Virus record (IMG/VR): IMGVR_UViG_3300046823_000135
Span: 1-46,198 of that record
Direction: 5' to 3' (one strand)
Length of the DNA stretch: 46,198 nucleotides
Source: a virus
Taxonomy: Duplodnaviria > Caudoviricetes
Part shown: piece after piece, positions 7,127 through 16,385 of the stretch
Layout of the letters: each line of letters begins with the position of its first letter
Position numbering within the stretch: the stretch's first letter is position 1
Made by a program: the position numbers and the translations under genes
The notes under the pieces: generated by a model
Told to the model about the DNA's origin: nothing
Database searches by the model: none
Seen by the model: only the letters and a program-made list of their open reading frames with translations

Positions 7127-8841
7127 TGGAAGAGTCGACCCTAACGCTGGAGCAGCTTCGCACCGAGCGGTTGAGCCGCGAGCGCGACTACTACACCTCG
7201 GACGAGGGCTTCCTCGACTTCGTGCGCGACAGCGGCGCAGCGCCAGATGCTGAGTGGCAGCCGCACGGTCGCTATGCCCAGCTGCTGGTCACCTGGCAGG
7301 GTGACCCGGACCCGGACAACCCGGAGATCACCAACTTCCGATCGAAGATGGCGCTCTGGCCGCGCGGCTCATTCAAGAGCCAGGTGTTCACGATCGGCCA
7401 GGCGGCGTGGCTGATCGCTCGTGATCCGAACATCCGCATCCTGATCTGTTCGGAGACCGCGCGTCAGGCGCAGAAGTTCGCCGCCGAAGTGATGAAGATC
7501 GTGGACAGCCAGTGGTTCCGCGATCGGTTCGGCGTGCACCGCGGCGACAAGTGGAAGGAGGCGTCCGGTGTCTTCTACTCGGCGCTGCGCACGCGGCAGG
7601 GCATCAAGGATCCGACGCTGGCCTCGTCGGGCGTCGGCGAAGTGCAGACCGGAGCGCACTGGGACGTTGTTCTCATGGACGACGTTTGTTCGCAGGAGAA
7701 CACCAAGACGCCGGAGTCGATCGACTCACTGTGGTCGTGGTTCTCCGAGGTGCAGTCGCAGCTCGACCCAGGCACCAAGCTCTTCGTCATCGGCACGCTC
7801 CACCACTACAACGACATCTACTGTCGCATCATCAAGGATCCGGCGATCGCCGCGACCTTCGAGATCAGTAAGCACGCATGGTGCGAGCCGCTGGTGGATC
7901 CGCGAGGCAAGGAGCCGACGACGCTCTTCTTCCCGAAGAGGCTAACGCGCGCGTTCATCGCCGACCGCAAGGTGAAGCAGGTTCCGCGTCTGTTCGCGTG
8001 CTTCTACGAGAACAAGCCGCAGACCGGCGACGATCAGATCTTCCACGAGGACTACTTCCACGTCATCCGCGACCAGGACGTGCCCGGCTCCGTGTGGACC
8101 TACGTGCTCACGGACTTCGCGTTCACCGCTGACGAGAAGAAGTCGAAGTCAAAGTCGGACCGCTGCTGCTTCTGGGTCGTGAGCCTCGACTGCAACCGCA
8201 CCGCCTACGTGCGTGATCTCTACATCGGTCGCTGGCGGCCTTCGGATTCCTGTCGGATCGTGTGTGACCTGTGGACCAGGTTCCAGCCGCTCAACGTGAA
8301 GGGCGTCGGCGTCGAGAAGACGACGCACAAGGAACTCCTCATGTCGCTGTTCGAGGAGGTGCGTCGACAGACCTTCATCCGGCCGCGCTTCATCGAGATC
8401 GCCGGGCGCAACCAGGAGATCAAGGACATCAGGATCGAGTCGATCGAGCCGCGCTTCCGCGGCGGCAACATCTACTTCACCGAGTTCGTGCGCCAGCAGT
8501 TCGCCACCAAGTGGAAGCCGATGCTCGACGAGATGACCGAGTGGCCGTTCAGCGCGAACGACGACATCCCAGACGCGATCAGCGACCTCGACAAGGTGGA
8601 CGACTCGGGCAAGTTCTACTTCCCTGGGCCACCGCCTGGGTGGACGCCGCTCGAGGTGAAGCGATTCACACCACCAACTGTCGACGGGCGCTATAACCCT
8701 GACGCCAAGTATCCAGCACGCGAGTTCACCAAGAACAAGGAGCACGATCTGTGGGGCAGCAAGAACAGCGATTCCGCACCGGGAAGCCTCTTCCGCGGAA
8801 CCTCCAACCAGTCAAATCGCGACATCTTCGGCCCGCAGTAG
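7126..8841 (+). CDS. terL: Terminase large subunit
   Basis: Walker A PRGSFKS, Walker B VVLMDD, VIGT coupling motif, RNase H-like TDFA and DDIPDA. Confidence 0.93.
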   Translation: MEESTLTLEQLRTERLSRERDYYTSDEGFLDFVRDSGAAPDAEWQPHGRYAQLLVTWQGDPDPDNPEITNFRSKMALWPRGSFKSQVFTIGQAAWLIARDPNIRILICSETARQAQKFAAEVMKIVDSQWFRDRFGVHRGDKWKEASGVFYSALRTRQGIKDPTLASSGVGEVQTGAHWDVVLMDDVCSQENTKTPESIDSLWSWFSEVQSQLDPGTKLFVIGTLHHYNDIYCRIIKDPAIAATFEISKHAWCEPLVDPRGKEPTTLFFPKRLTRAFIADRKVKQVPRLFACFYENKPQTGDDQIFHEDYFHVIRDQDVPGSVWTYVLTDFAFTADEKKSKSKSDRCCFWVVSLDCNRTAYVRDLYIGRWRPSDSCRIVCDLWTRFQPLNVKGVGVEKTTHKELLMSLFEEVRRQTFIRPRFIEIAGRNQEIKDIRIESIEPRFRGGNIYFTEFVRQQFATKWKPMLDEMTEWPFSANDDIPDAISDLDKVDDSGKFYFPGPPPGWTPLEVKRFTPPTVDGRYNPDAKYPAREFTKNKEHDLWGSKNSDSAPGSLFRGTSNQSNRDIFGPQ

Positions 8842-9242
8842 AAGCTGGCCAGATGGTGCGCGAGCTGCTCATCAACGAGTTCGGCGAAGACGCTCCGTTC
8901 CTGCAGCAGGCTCAGGATGGCGTCGAGGTCTTCGTGCATCGCTGCATCGAACAGCTCGGTGCCCCTGGTCCGGTCGGCAACGCGCTGCCGATCCAGCACG
9001 GCTCCGACTACCGCATGCCGGCGCGCAACGCTCAGCAGCTCCGAATGGACAAGGCCGCCGACGAACGTCAGGTGAAGCGCGCGCCGGGCCGAGAAGCCGT
9101 CGTCAACGAGCACGTCACCGAGGAGGAGATGGACCGCCGCGGCGAGCTCGCGAGTCCGGTCGCTCCTCTGCCGAAGAAGCGCGAGCTCATCCTTCCAGCT
9201 TCAGTGGCTCCAGCGAAGAAGTCAGGCGACTGGGTGCTGTGA
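8751..9242 (+). CDS. Hypothetical protein overlapping the terL 3' end
   Basis: AAGGAG (8737-8742) 8 nt before GTG 8751; alternative ATG at 8853. Confidence 0.7.
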   Translation: MGQQEQRFRTGKPLPRNLQPVKSRHLRPAVEAGQMVRELLINEFGEDAPFLQQAQDGVEVFVHRCIEQLGAPGPVGNALPIQHGSDYRMPARNAQQLRMDKAADERQVKRAPGREAVVNEHVTEEEMDRRGELASPVAPLPKKRELILPASVAPAKKSGDWVL

Positions 9243-9450
9243 GCATCTACGAAACAGTCACGGTGCATTGCTTCGGCTGCGGCAAGAGGTATTCATCCCA
9301 GCAGGCCCACACAAGGCGGCGATACGCGATGGAAAACAGAGACCGATTTTCTGCTCCCGGCGGTGCAACCAAACCTTTGTTGCCAGGGAAGGGGCCCGAT
9401 CTCAAGAAGGAGGTCCCGCGCCTCACCATCCTGCTCTCGGTTCCAGCTGA
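9239..9450 (+). pseudogene. Frameshifted TRASH-type Zn-finger gene
   Basis: CFGCGK in the 9239 frame continues as EVF...FCSRRC in the -1 frame from ~9286. Confidence 0.5.
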
Positions 9451-10012
9451 GAAGGTCGATCTCCTCGACACGGCTGTGACCTGGATCGAGAAGAACACTC
9501 CGCTCAAGCACAGGCTGGTCGTCGCCCTGATCGGCGCGTTGAGTGAAGAGCAAGTCGGCTGGGTCACGTCGCTGATGTCCGCGATGCGTGGCGCCGATTG
9601 GGTGCTGATGCAGTCAGCAGAAGGCGTGAACCAGGCGATCGACCGCGACCTTGCCAACGCCACGACCGACTACATCCTCAGCATCCCGGTCGATTGCCTG
9701 CTCACCGACCCGGAGTGGTTCGGCAAGATGCAGATGCCGTTCACCAAGGACTCCAGCTGCGGGATGTCCTTCGCGTTCGACGACATGGCCGGCAACACGC
9801 GGCCACCGCATCGCTGGGATCCTCGTCAGGACGTTCCCGGTCGCGTCTTCATGGTGCAGCGGTCGTTCGTCGCTTCGGCTCTTGGTCAGATCAAGTTCGG
9901 CTTGGCCGAGGACGACTACAGCAGCCCGCTGCAGCATGCGCTTCGCGGTCTCGGCCTGTGCTCGTGGGCCATCCCCTCCGTCAGGCTCACGCTGCTCAAG
10001 ACGGCCAAGTGA
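9329..10012 (+). CDS. Degenerate GT-A fold (GT2-like) glycosyltransferase
   Basis: LTILLSVP..DLLDTAV..RLVV; GVNQAIDRDLANATTDYILSIPVDCLLTDPEW (DxD position reads PVD); EDDY; frame open from 9239. Confidence 0.6.
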   Translation: MENRDRFSAPGGATKPLLPGKGPDLKKEVPRLTILLSVPAEKVDLLDTAVTWIEKNTPLKHRLVVALIGALSEEQVGWVTSLMSAMRGADWVLMQSAEGVNQAIDRDLANATTDYILSIPVDCLLTDPEWFGKMQMPFTKDSSCGMSFAFDDMAGNTRPPHRWDPRQDVPGRVFMVQRSFVASALGQIKFGLAEDDYSSPLQHALRGLGLCSWAIPSVRLTLLKTAK

Positions 10013-11358
10013 ACCGTGTGGTCGGTAGGTCAGGACCTCCGCGCGTCGCGATCGCTGACGACGCCGGCCTGATCTACAGCGACGACTGGCGCATGGGTTG
10101 GTTGGCCGGCTTCAAGAGCATTGGCTGTGAAGTGCTGGTGACAGATGTATCGTCGCTGCGTCGCGGTGGAGGCGGTCACCTCAGCACGCGCGGCGGCACG
10201 ATGTCGCGAGGGATGGCCGAGAACATCATCGCGTGGCGTCCCGACCTGCTCTGGTGCCACCACGGACGCGCGGCCGGTAACGAGTCGTTCTTGTCGCAGT
10301 TCAAGCGCCGCGGTATCCCGACTGCGGTCTACCTCTGCGACGAGCCCTATGAGACTGGCGAGACCGCGCGCTACAGCCCGCGATTCGATTTCGTGTTCAC
10401 CATGGATCTGCTCACGGTGAAGGCGCACGCGGAGTCGCGATCACAGACGCAGAGGCGCGGAGTCTTCTACTTGCCGCCGTGCGTCGACACAGACCTGTTC
10501 ACGCTGCGCGACTACTCGAGCAGGACGGTGCCAGCCTTCTTCCTCGGCAACCCGATGCTGAAGCCGCGGGAGCCATACCTGCGCGCAGTTGAGAAGCTGG
10601 TGAGTGGCGCGGAGATTCGCTACTGGCCAAGACCGAGAGCTGGCCGGCACTCGATCGTCGCCAAGGGAAACCCTGATTGGATCCCGTGGGATCAGCATCC
10701 GCGCTACTACTCTAGCTGTGTCGTTGGCCTCAACGTGCACAGGAGCCCTGGCATCACGAGAGAGTGCTTCCGCAATCGTGTCGAGCGGCGGCCGGCGACC
10801 ATGACCATTCCGACAGGTCTGCAGCTGTGCAAGGAGATGCCTCCTGAGGATGGCACCGGCTTCTGGAATGATGCGAATCTTCCAGCGGCGCACGTCAACC
10901 CGAGGTTCTTCGAGATGGCCGCGTGCGGGACTCTGGTCGTCAGCGATGACTCGAGGTCAGAGCTTCGACGCATGTTCCCGATGGCGCCGCGCGCGAGTGG
11001 CGTCGACCACTTCGTGTCGCTGGTTCTCTACTACCTTGAACACCAAGATGAAGCCGAGGAGATTGGGCACGCATGTTCCAACCAGATTGGCAGGCGGCAC
11101 ACCTACCGGCACCGCGTGGCCGAAGTCCTGGCGCGAACTGGCTTGATGGATCTGCTGCCGGCAGAAAAGTCTTCCTGCTTGGGGGAGCTGGGGGGTTGGT
11201 TGAGTCCGCAGGCGTTGCCGCTGCCCATGGTGAGCTCTCCATCGGCACCAACTGGACCCTCCGAGCGTTGGTCCCCAGCATCTGGCTTGTCGTGGACGCG
11301 GGGGTCTGGAAGTCCGAAGGATCTCAGCTCGCTCGATGTCCCGACTCCATGGTTGTAG
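10009..11358 (+). CDS. CgeB-like GT-B glycosyltransferase (Glyco_trans_1_2 type)
   Basis: RPDLLW, YLCDEPY, FDFVFT, YLPPCVD, GLNVH, NPRFFEMAACG, HTYRHRVAEVL; GTGA-coupled start. Confidence 0.87.
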   Translation: MNRVVGRSGPPRVAIADDAGLIYSDDWRMGWLAGFKSIGCEVLVTDVSSLRRGGGGHLSTRGGTMSRGMAENIIAWRPDLLWCHHGRAAGNESFLSQFKRRGIPTAVYLCDEPYETGETARYSPRFDFVFTMDLLTVKAHAESRSQTQRRGVFYLPPCVDTDLFTLRDYSSRTVPAFFLGNPMLKPREPYLRAVEKLVSGAEIRYWPRPRAGRHSIVAKGNPDWIPWDQHPRYYSSCVVGLNVHRSPGITRECFRNRVERRPATMTIPTGLQLCKEMPPEDGTGFWNDANLPAAHVNPRFFEMAACGTLVVSDDSRSELRRMFPMAPRASGVDHFVSLVLYYLEHQDEAEEIGHACSNQIGRRHTYRHRVAEVLARTGLMDLLPAEKSSCLGELGGWLSPQALPLPMVSSPSAPTGPSERWSPASGLSWTRGSGSPKDLSSLDVPTPWL

Positions 11359-12053
11359 TTGCTGGTGCGAACATCTTTGGCGGTGGAGTCTTCAGCACAG
11401 CGCACGCTCGACGAATGAAGATGGTCGGGCAAGGACAGCGCGCGATCACCGAGATCAGGATCAAGTCGCTCGGCGGCGCGAGGCGCACCAAGACCGGGCA
11501 CATCGAGTTCGCCATGGTGCCGCCGTTCATGCCGGCGTCGGCTTCAGAGCACTTCCACCCAGGCGCCAACAGCCTGTGCTTCGCCATTCAGCTGGCGCAC
11601 CTCATGGGTTGCGACCCGATCTACGCGGTCGGATTCACCTTGCAGAACGGCGTCGGCTACCACTTCGGGCACACCAACCCGGTGACCAAGCGAACGACGT
11701 TCTACGAGCAGAAACGCGCCTTGGCATGGTGTGAGTGGCACAGCAAGACCTTCCCTGGTAGGGTTCGCCTCGACCCCGGCTTCAGCGGTCCGATCTACGA
11801 CATCTTCCCGAAGGCGAACTTCGATGCGATCCAAGAACCCGCCAGATCACATGCTCCCGACGATGGCCGACGCGAACCAGAGTCGCGAGACCAGCATGCC
11901 GCTGCAGAAGAACCAGTTCGACACGATGGCGACGGACATCGACCCCTACACGAAGATGGGGTCAAACCCAGCGGTGAGCGCGAAACAGCAGAGGTTCATG
12001 GGGATGTGCGCGCACTCACCGGGCAAGGCGAAGGGCAAGTGTCCATCGCATGA
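11073..12053 (+). CDS. Maf/DUF115 (GT42-like fold) putative glycosyltransferase
   Basis: VFLLGGAGGL, IGTN, LVVD, NSLCFAIQLAHLMGCDPIYAVGF; GAGGAG RBS at 11056-11061. Confidence 0.72.
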   Translation: MFQPDWQAAHLPAPRGRSPGANWLDGSAAGRKVFLLGGAGGLVESAGVAAAHGELSIGTNWTLRALVPSIWLVVDAGVWKSEGSQLARCPDSMVVVAGANIFGGGVFSTAHARRMKMVGQGQRAITEIRIKSLGGARRTKTGHIEFAMVPPFMPASASEHFHPGANSLCFAIQLAHLMGCDPIYAVGFTLQNGVGYHFGHTNPVTKRTTFYEQKRALAWCEWHSKTFPGRVRLDPGFSGPIYDIFPKANFDAIQEPARSHAPDDGRREPESRDQHAAAEEPVRHDGDGHRPLHEDGVKPSGERETAEVHGDVRALTGQGEGQVSIA

Positions 12054-12084
12054 GGTGTCGGAAGAGTTCTCGCACAAGGACTGA
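11824..12084 (+). CDS. Small phage head-region protein
   Basis: PAVSAKQQRFMGMCAHSP...VSEEF resembles a recurrent podovirus motif (P..S..Q.RFM...AH); ends 3 nt before portal; start uncertain. Confidence 0.6.
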   Translation: MRSKNPPDHMLPTMADANQSRETSMPLQKNQFDTMATDIDPYTKMGSNPAVSAKQQRFMGMCAHSPGKAKGKCPSHEVSEEFSHKD

Positions 12085-12087
12085 CCC

Positions 12088-14529
12088 ATGACCGTCGCCT
12101 CCGACAGGTTGCAGCTCGGCAACAGCACGAACCCGCCGATGACCCGCGTGAATTCGTATGCCACGCCGAACCGCGGCATGGGCGTGGCGAAGAAGCGAGA
12201 CGGAGTTGATCCAGTCTTCGGTGCGCACTCGCTGATCGAGACCTACCAGGACAACCGGAACGTCGAGAAGGTCAGCAAGCTCTACAACGAGATGGTTGGG
12301 TTCCCCAACCTCGCCAACGATCCGTTCGTGCTCGAGCAAGCGAAGGCCGCAGTGCTGGCGTCACTGAAGGACGTCTTCGCGACGATGCAGTATCTGCGGA
12401 ACAAGTGGCTGATCCTCTACCGCCTTTACCGCGGTGAGACGATCAACCAGTTCAACTACGGTCGAATGCAGCTGCACTCGCCGACGCCGTTCAAGATCGT
12501 CGAGTCGATCCACCCGCGGATCATGCGCACGGTGTTCGGCAGCGATCAGTGGTTCAAGCTCTACGGCGTCGACAACGAGCACGACGTTCCGGCTGCAGCG
12601 CAGGAGATGCTCAGCTACGACCAGCTGCGTGTCTGCAACTTCAAGCAGAAGGCTTCCAGGTTCATCCGCGATGGATTGATCTACGGCACCGCGATCCAGA
12701 AGACCTATTGGAAGCAGGAGATTGGCGAGCGTTCTTACCGCGTGGCTCGCCGTGTTCCGCACCCGTCAATCCCTGGTGCTTCCAAAGTCGACATGCAGCC
12801 AGTGACTCGGAAGGAGCTGCTGTTCGACGGCAACGACGTGCTGCCGATCAGCATCTTCGACTTCCAGGCCTCGCCATGCGCGTCGTCGATCGACGAGGCG
12901 GAGTGGTGCCTCGATCGATCCATGTGGCCCGACTTCCGCGTGAAGCAGATGATCGAGATGGGTCACTGGATGAATCTCGAAGGTCTCGCGAGCTACGGCG
13001 GCAGCAACGACTTCAGCTACGAGGATCCGTTCAAGCAGCGCAAGGCCTACGCCTACGGTGTCTACGACAACCGCAACGGTGCGCAGTCACCACACATTCC
13101 GCACTACGAATGCGTCGACTGGTGGGGACCGCTGGTGATCAAGGACGAGAGTGGCTCCTACACCACGCGCATCTGCAACGTGGTGATGCTCGACCCGAAC
13201 GGGCTCTCGCTGATCCCGCGCGTGACTCAGAACCCATACTGGCACGGGAAGAAGCCCTACCAGGTGTGGCGCCCGATCGAGCTCGAGGGCGAACTCTTCG
13301 GAATGGGTGTGATCGAGCCGATCGCCAGGCTCTCCGTGGAGAAGGACACGAAGCGTCAGCTGCTCATGGCGGCGACGCAGCTCGAGGGCAACCCGATGAT
13401 GGTTGTCTCCGACCAGGCGAACATCGCTCCAGGCCAGCTGCTGGCGCAACCAGGCCTGATCATCCGTGTGCCCGGCAACCCGAACGAAGCGGTGATGCCG
13501 GTGCAGTTCAATCAGGTGAGCGACACAGTGTTGCGTGCTGAGAACATCCTCGAGGTCGAGATGCGCGAGGTCACCGGAGTCACCGCGCCGGTGCTTGGCG
13601 CCACGGACCCACTCGGCGGATCAGGCAAGACTGCAACGCAGAGCAACAACGACCTCAACGAGGCGAACATGCGCCTCAGTGGTCCGATCAACAACTACGA
13701 CACGGAGGTCACCGTGCCGATGTTGGACATGATCTGCTGGAACAACATGCAGTTCATGTCGCTGCCGCGAGTGATCCGGCAGATCGGACCGATGGGGATG
13801 ACATACCGAGATCGGTTCGAGGTGCGACCAGAGGACATCCTTGGTCGCTTCATCTGTCAACCGCTCTCTGGCTTCCGGTTGTTGACGAAGCAGACGCAGG
13901 TGCAGCAACTCGTCAACCTGCTCGATCGAGCGCCGGTGATCAACCAGCAGTATGGTCCGAAGGCTGTCGACATGCCTCGGTTGTTCGCCTTCATTCTGGA
14001 GAGTGGATTCGACATCAGGAACGCCGACGACTTCATCCAGCGTTCGCCTGACGAGTCCAGGCTCCTCACAGCACTTGAGGAGCACGAGCTCTGGTATCAC
14101 GGCAACATCCCGCCGCGCCGCCGCGACGACAACGACGCTATCCATTGGCTCGCTCACTCCGAGGAGATTGGAACCGAACGCTTCCAGATGCTCGAGGAGT
14201 CCGATCCTGCAAGCGCCGCGATGGCCCGAGCGCACATCGCCGATCACATCCGTCAGCTCGCCAGGACCCAGGAGCTGCAGCAACAGGTTCTGATGATCGC
14301 GCAGCAACAGGCCACGGCGCAGAATCTAGCTGGCGCAGTCGCCTACGCTGGTGGTGGGATGAGCGAACAGCTTGGCCCCGACAACGGGGTGGCGCCGGAA
14401 GGCGCTGCCACTCCAGACCAGCAGCCGACGAGTCCCAAGATCAGGCGCAACGAGAACGAGCGGCAGGGGTCGTCGGCTGACGTGAAGGGCCCGGCCATGG
14501 CCGGGGCGCCCAACCCAGGCGCGATGTGA
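12088..14529 (+). CDS. Portal protein (P22-like podovirus type)
   Basis: W...YRLYRG, FIRDGLIYGTAIQKTYW, NPYWHGKKPY, ELFGMGVIEP; Q-rich C-terminus; synteny. Confidence 0.9.
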   Translation: MTVASDRLQLGNSTNPPMTRVNSYATPNRGMGVAKKRDGVDPVFGAHSLIETYQDNRNVEKVSKLYNEMVGFPNLANDPFVLEQAKAAVLASLKDVFATMQYLRNKWLILYRLYRGETINQFNYGRMQLHSPTPFKIVESIHPRIMRTVFGSDQWFKLYGVDNEHDVPAAAQEMLSYDQLRVCNFKQKASRFIRDGLIYGTAIQKTYWKQEIGERSYRVARRVPHPSIPGASKVDMQPVTRKELLFDGNDVLPISIFDFQASPCASSIDEAEWCLDRSMWPDFRVKQMIEMGHWMNLEGLASYGGSNDFSYEDPFKQRKAYAYGVYDNRNGAQSPHIPHYECVDWWGPLVIKDESGSYTTRICNVVMLDPNGLSLIPRVTQNPYWHGKKPYQVWRPIELEGELFGMGVIEPIARLSVEKDTKRQLLMAATQLEGNPMMVVSDQANIAPGQLLAQPGLIIRVPGNPNEAVMPVQFNQVSDTVLRAENILEVEMREVTGVTAPVLGATDPLGGSGKTATQSNNDLNEANMRLSGPINNYDTEVTVPMLDMICWNNMQFMSLPRVIRQIGPMGMTYRDRFEVRPEDILGRFICQPLSGFRLLTKQTQVQQLVNLLDRAPVINQQYGPKAVDMPRLFAFILESGFDIRNADDFIQRSPDESRLLTALEEHELWYHGNIPPRRRDDNDAIHWLAHSEEIGTERFQMLEESDPASAAMARAHIADHIRQLARTQELQQQVLMIAQQQATAQNLAGAVAYAGGGMSEQLGPDNGVAPEGAATPDQQPTSPKIRRNENERQGSSADVKGPAMAGAPNPGAM

Positions 14530-14951
14530 CCAATCTCGACTTCTCAGCTCCTCCGTCAGAGGACATCGCCTTCCGGGACGTGCGGAAGGACGAGCTCGAA
14601 CAACTGGAGGCGGCCGACAAGCGGATCGCCACCCTGCAGGCTGCCATCACCATGGCCGACGGGGTGCTGCAGATGGCTTCCGGCGCTGGGTTCCAGCTGT
14701 TCGTCCAGGCACTCCGTGACATGCGCCAAAGCCGCATGAAGGAGCTGTTTGGAGCCAAGAACGACCGTGAAGCCAACATCCTCACCGGCAGGTGTCTCGA
14801 GCTCGAGGCCGTGATCAACGTGGTCGATCGGACCAAGAGCACACGGCAGACTCTTGCGGAAGCTCTCGCCGGAGCGCAGGATGCCAGGAAGCAACTTGAG
14901 CGGCGGATTCCGCCGCCGCCAATCCCAAGAGAACCAAGGAATCCAGCATGA
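14526..14951 (+). CDS. Hypothetical helical protein downstream of portal
   Basis: Coupled at both ends; typical small gene after podovirus portals. Confidence 0.8.
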   Translation: MTNLDFSAPPSEDIAFRDVRKDELEQLEAADKRIATLQAAITMADGVLQMASGAGFQLFVQALRDMRQSRMKELFGAKNDREANILTGRCLELEAVINVVDRTKSTRQTLAEALAGAQDARKQLERRIPPPPIPREPRNPA

Positions 14952-15208
14952 GTGGCCACGCAACAAACGAAGGCGTCGGTGCGGCACAGTCCAAGACCGG
15001 CGACATGGCGACCCCGCTCAACCGCGGCATGGGGCTCAGCGCCACCATGGGCGCGATGGGCAGCAAGACGCGGAGCCCGCACAACGCTGCGGGCGGTCCC
15101 GCCTACGACTACCAGGATGTCGGTGGAGCGAGCGCAGACGAGCACCTCGTCGGTTACGAGACCGGCAACGGTGGCTCGAGCGACACGCCCGCTGGCACCC
15201 ACGGCTAG
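14948..15208 (+). CDS. Gly-rich hypothetical protein
   Basis: ATGA coupling; high GC3. Confidence 0.7.
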   Translation: MSGHATNEGVGAAQSKTGDMATPLNRGMGLSATMGAMGSKTRSPHNAAGGPAYDYQDVGGASADEHLVGYETGNGGSSDTPAGTHG

Positions 15209-15356
15209 AAGCGAAAGTCCAGTTCGCCGCATCACGCGGACAAAAACTAATGCGGTCCCGGTTCTCCCGATGGGTCATTCGGGAGACCACTGATGCTCGG
15301 AGTCGTGACCGAGGCTTTGGCACTGAAGCTGCGGGAGTCGTGCGCCGCGAAGTTCG

Positions 15357-16385
15357 ATGACAACAAACCAACCCAGTCAATTCTCAGCACGCTCCGACCA
15401 GGCGGCACTCGCTCTGAAGGCAGGCATGAAGGATCGCCACGGCAATCCACTGCAGCCCAGGAGTGTGCCGGTCGATGCTGATGGTCAGCCGGCTCGTCCA
15501 CTGCCCCCGGAAGGTTCCTACGCACGTCAGCAGATTGAGGCACAACGCGCTGCAGCCGCGGCGCGCATGAATCCTCAACAGCCCGTGCCGACCCAGCCGG
15601 CAGCGCAGAACGGACAGCCACAAGGGCAACCACCCCAGCAGCCGAACGCAGAGCCGCCAGCTCAGGACGCTTCTCCGAACGCCCAACGACGCTTCAGTGA
15701 ACTGACCGCGACTCTGCGACAGCGAGAGCAAGCCCTGCAGCAAGCAGAGGCGAGAAGCCGACAACTCGAAGAGTCCCACGCCCAGCTGCAGGCTCGCCTG
15801 CAGTCGGTCGAGGAGGGCTACAAGAAGGTGATCGGACAGAACCTGGAATCGCTCGATCCTGAAACGCGAGCTGCAGTGATGCAGGACGCGCGCATGACCG
15901 AGCTGGTTGCCGGGATCGAGTCTCGCCTCCTGCAGCGGATCGACCCGATGCTGAAGTCAGTGCGAGACCGTGCCGCGCAGGACGATCTCTCGCGACTGGC
16001 TACGAAGTATCCGGGGTTCCGCCTGGACACGCATCTTGAGCTGATCGAGATCTTCCGCGAGAAGAACCCAAACTGCAGCATCGAACAAGCGTTCCGCGCC
16101 GTCGCGGAACCGGAGGAGCTCGCCCTGAACCAGGACCGTGCGCCCGCGATTCCACCCATCGCGATGCCGTCTCCTGGCAATGCAGCTCCGAGGTATGTCC
16201 CGCAGCCTGATCCGAAGCAGCTGACTCCCGAACAGGAAGTCGAGCTCGACAGGCAGCGTGCGTTCAAGCTTGCTCGCAGCACTGACACTCTCGATCGGCG
16301 TGATGCCGGCCGGGCAATGGATCAGCTGCTGAGGAGCAAGCTCGCCGCGAGACTTCCGAAGGGGCCGCCGAGCTATCAGCGGTAG
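15357..16385 (+). CDS. Capsid scaffolding protein (putative)
   Basis: P/Q-rich N-terminus, AQRRFSELT coiled coil; immediately upstream of MCP. Confidence 0.75.
   Translation: MTTNQPSQFSARSDQAALALKAGMKDRHGNPLQPRSVPVDADGQPARPLPPEGSYARQQIEAQRAAAAARMNPQQPVPTQPAAQNGQPQGQPPQQPNAEPPAQDASPNAQRRFSELTATLRQREQALQQAEARSRQLEESHAQLQARLQSVEEGYKKVIGQNLESLDPETRAAVMQDARMTELVAGIESRLLQRIDPMLKSVRDRAAQDDLSRLATKYPGFRLDTHLELIEIFREKNPNCSIEQAFRAVAEPEELALNQDRAPAIPPIAMPSPGNAAPRYVPQPDPKQLTPEQEVELDRQRAFKLARSTDTLDRRDAGRAMDQLLRSKLAARLPKGPPSYQR

Noticed and set aside
9598-10008. N-terminal extension of the CgeB-like ORF (likewise 6961-7125 for terL)
   Set aside because: Shadow-like sequence overlapping a better gene; coupled starts exist at 10009 and 7126
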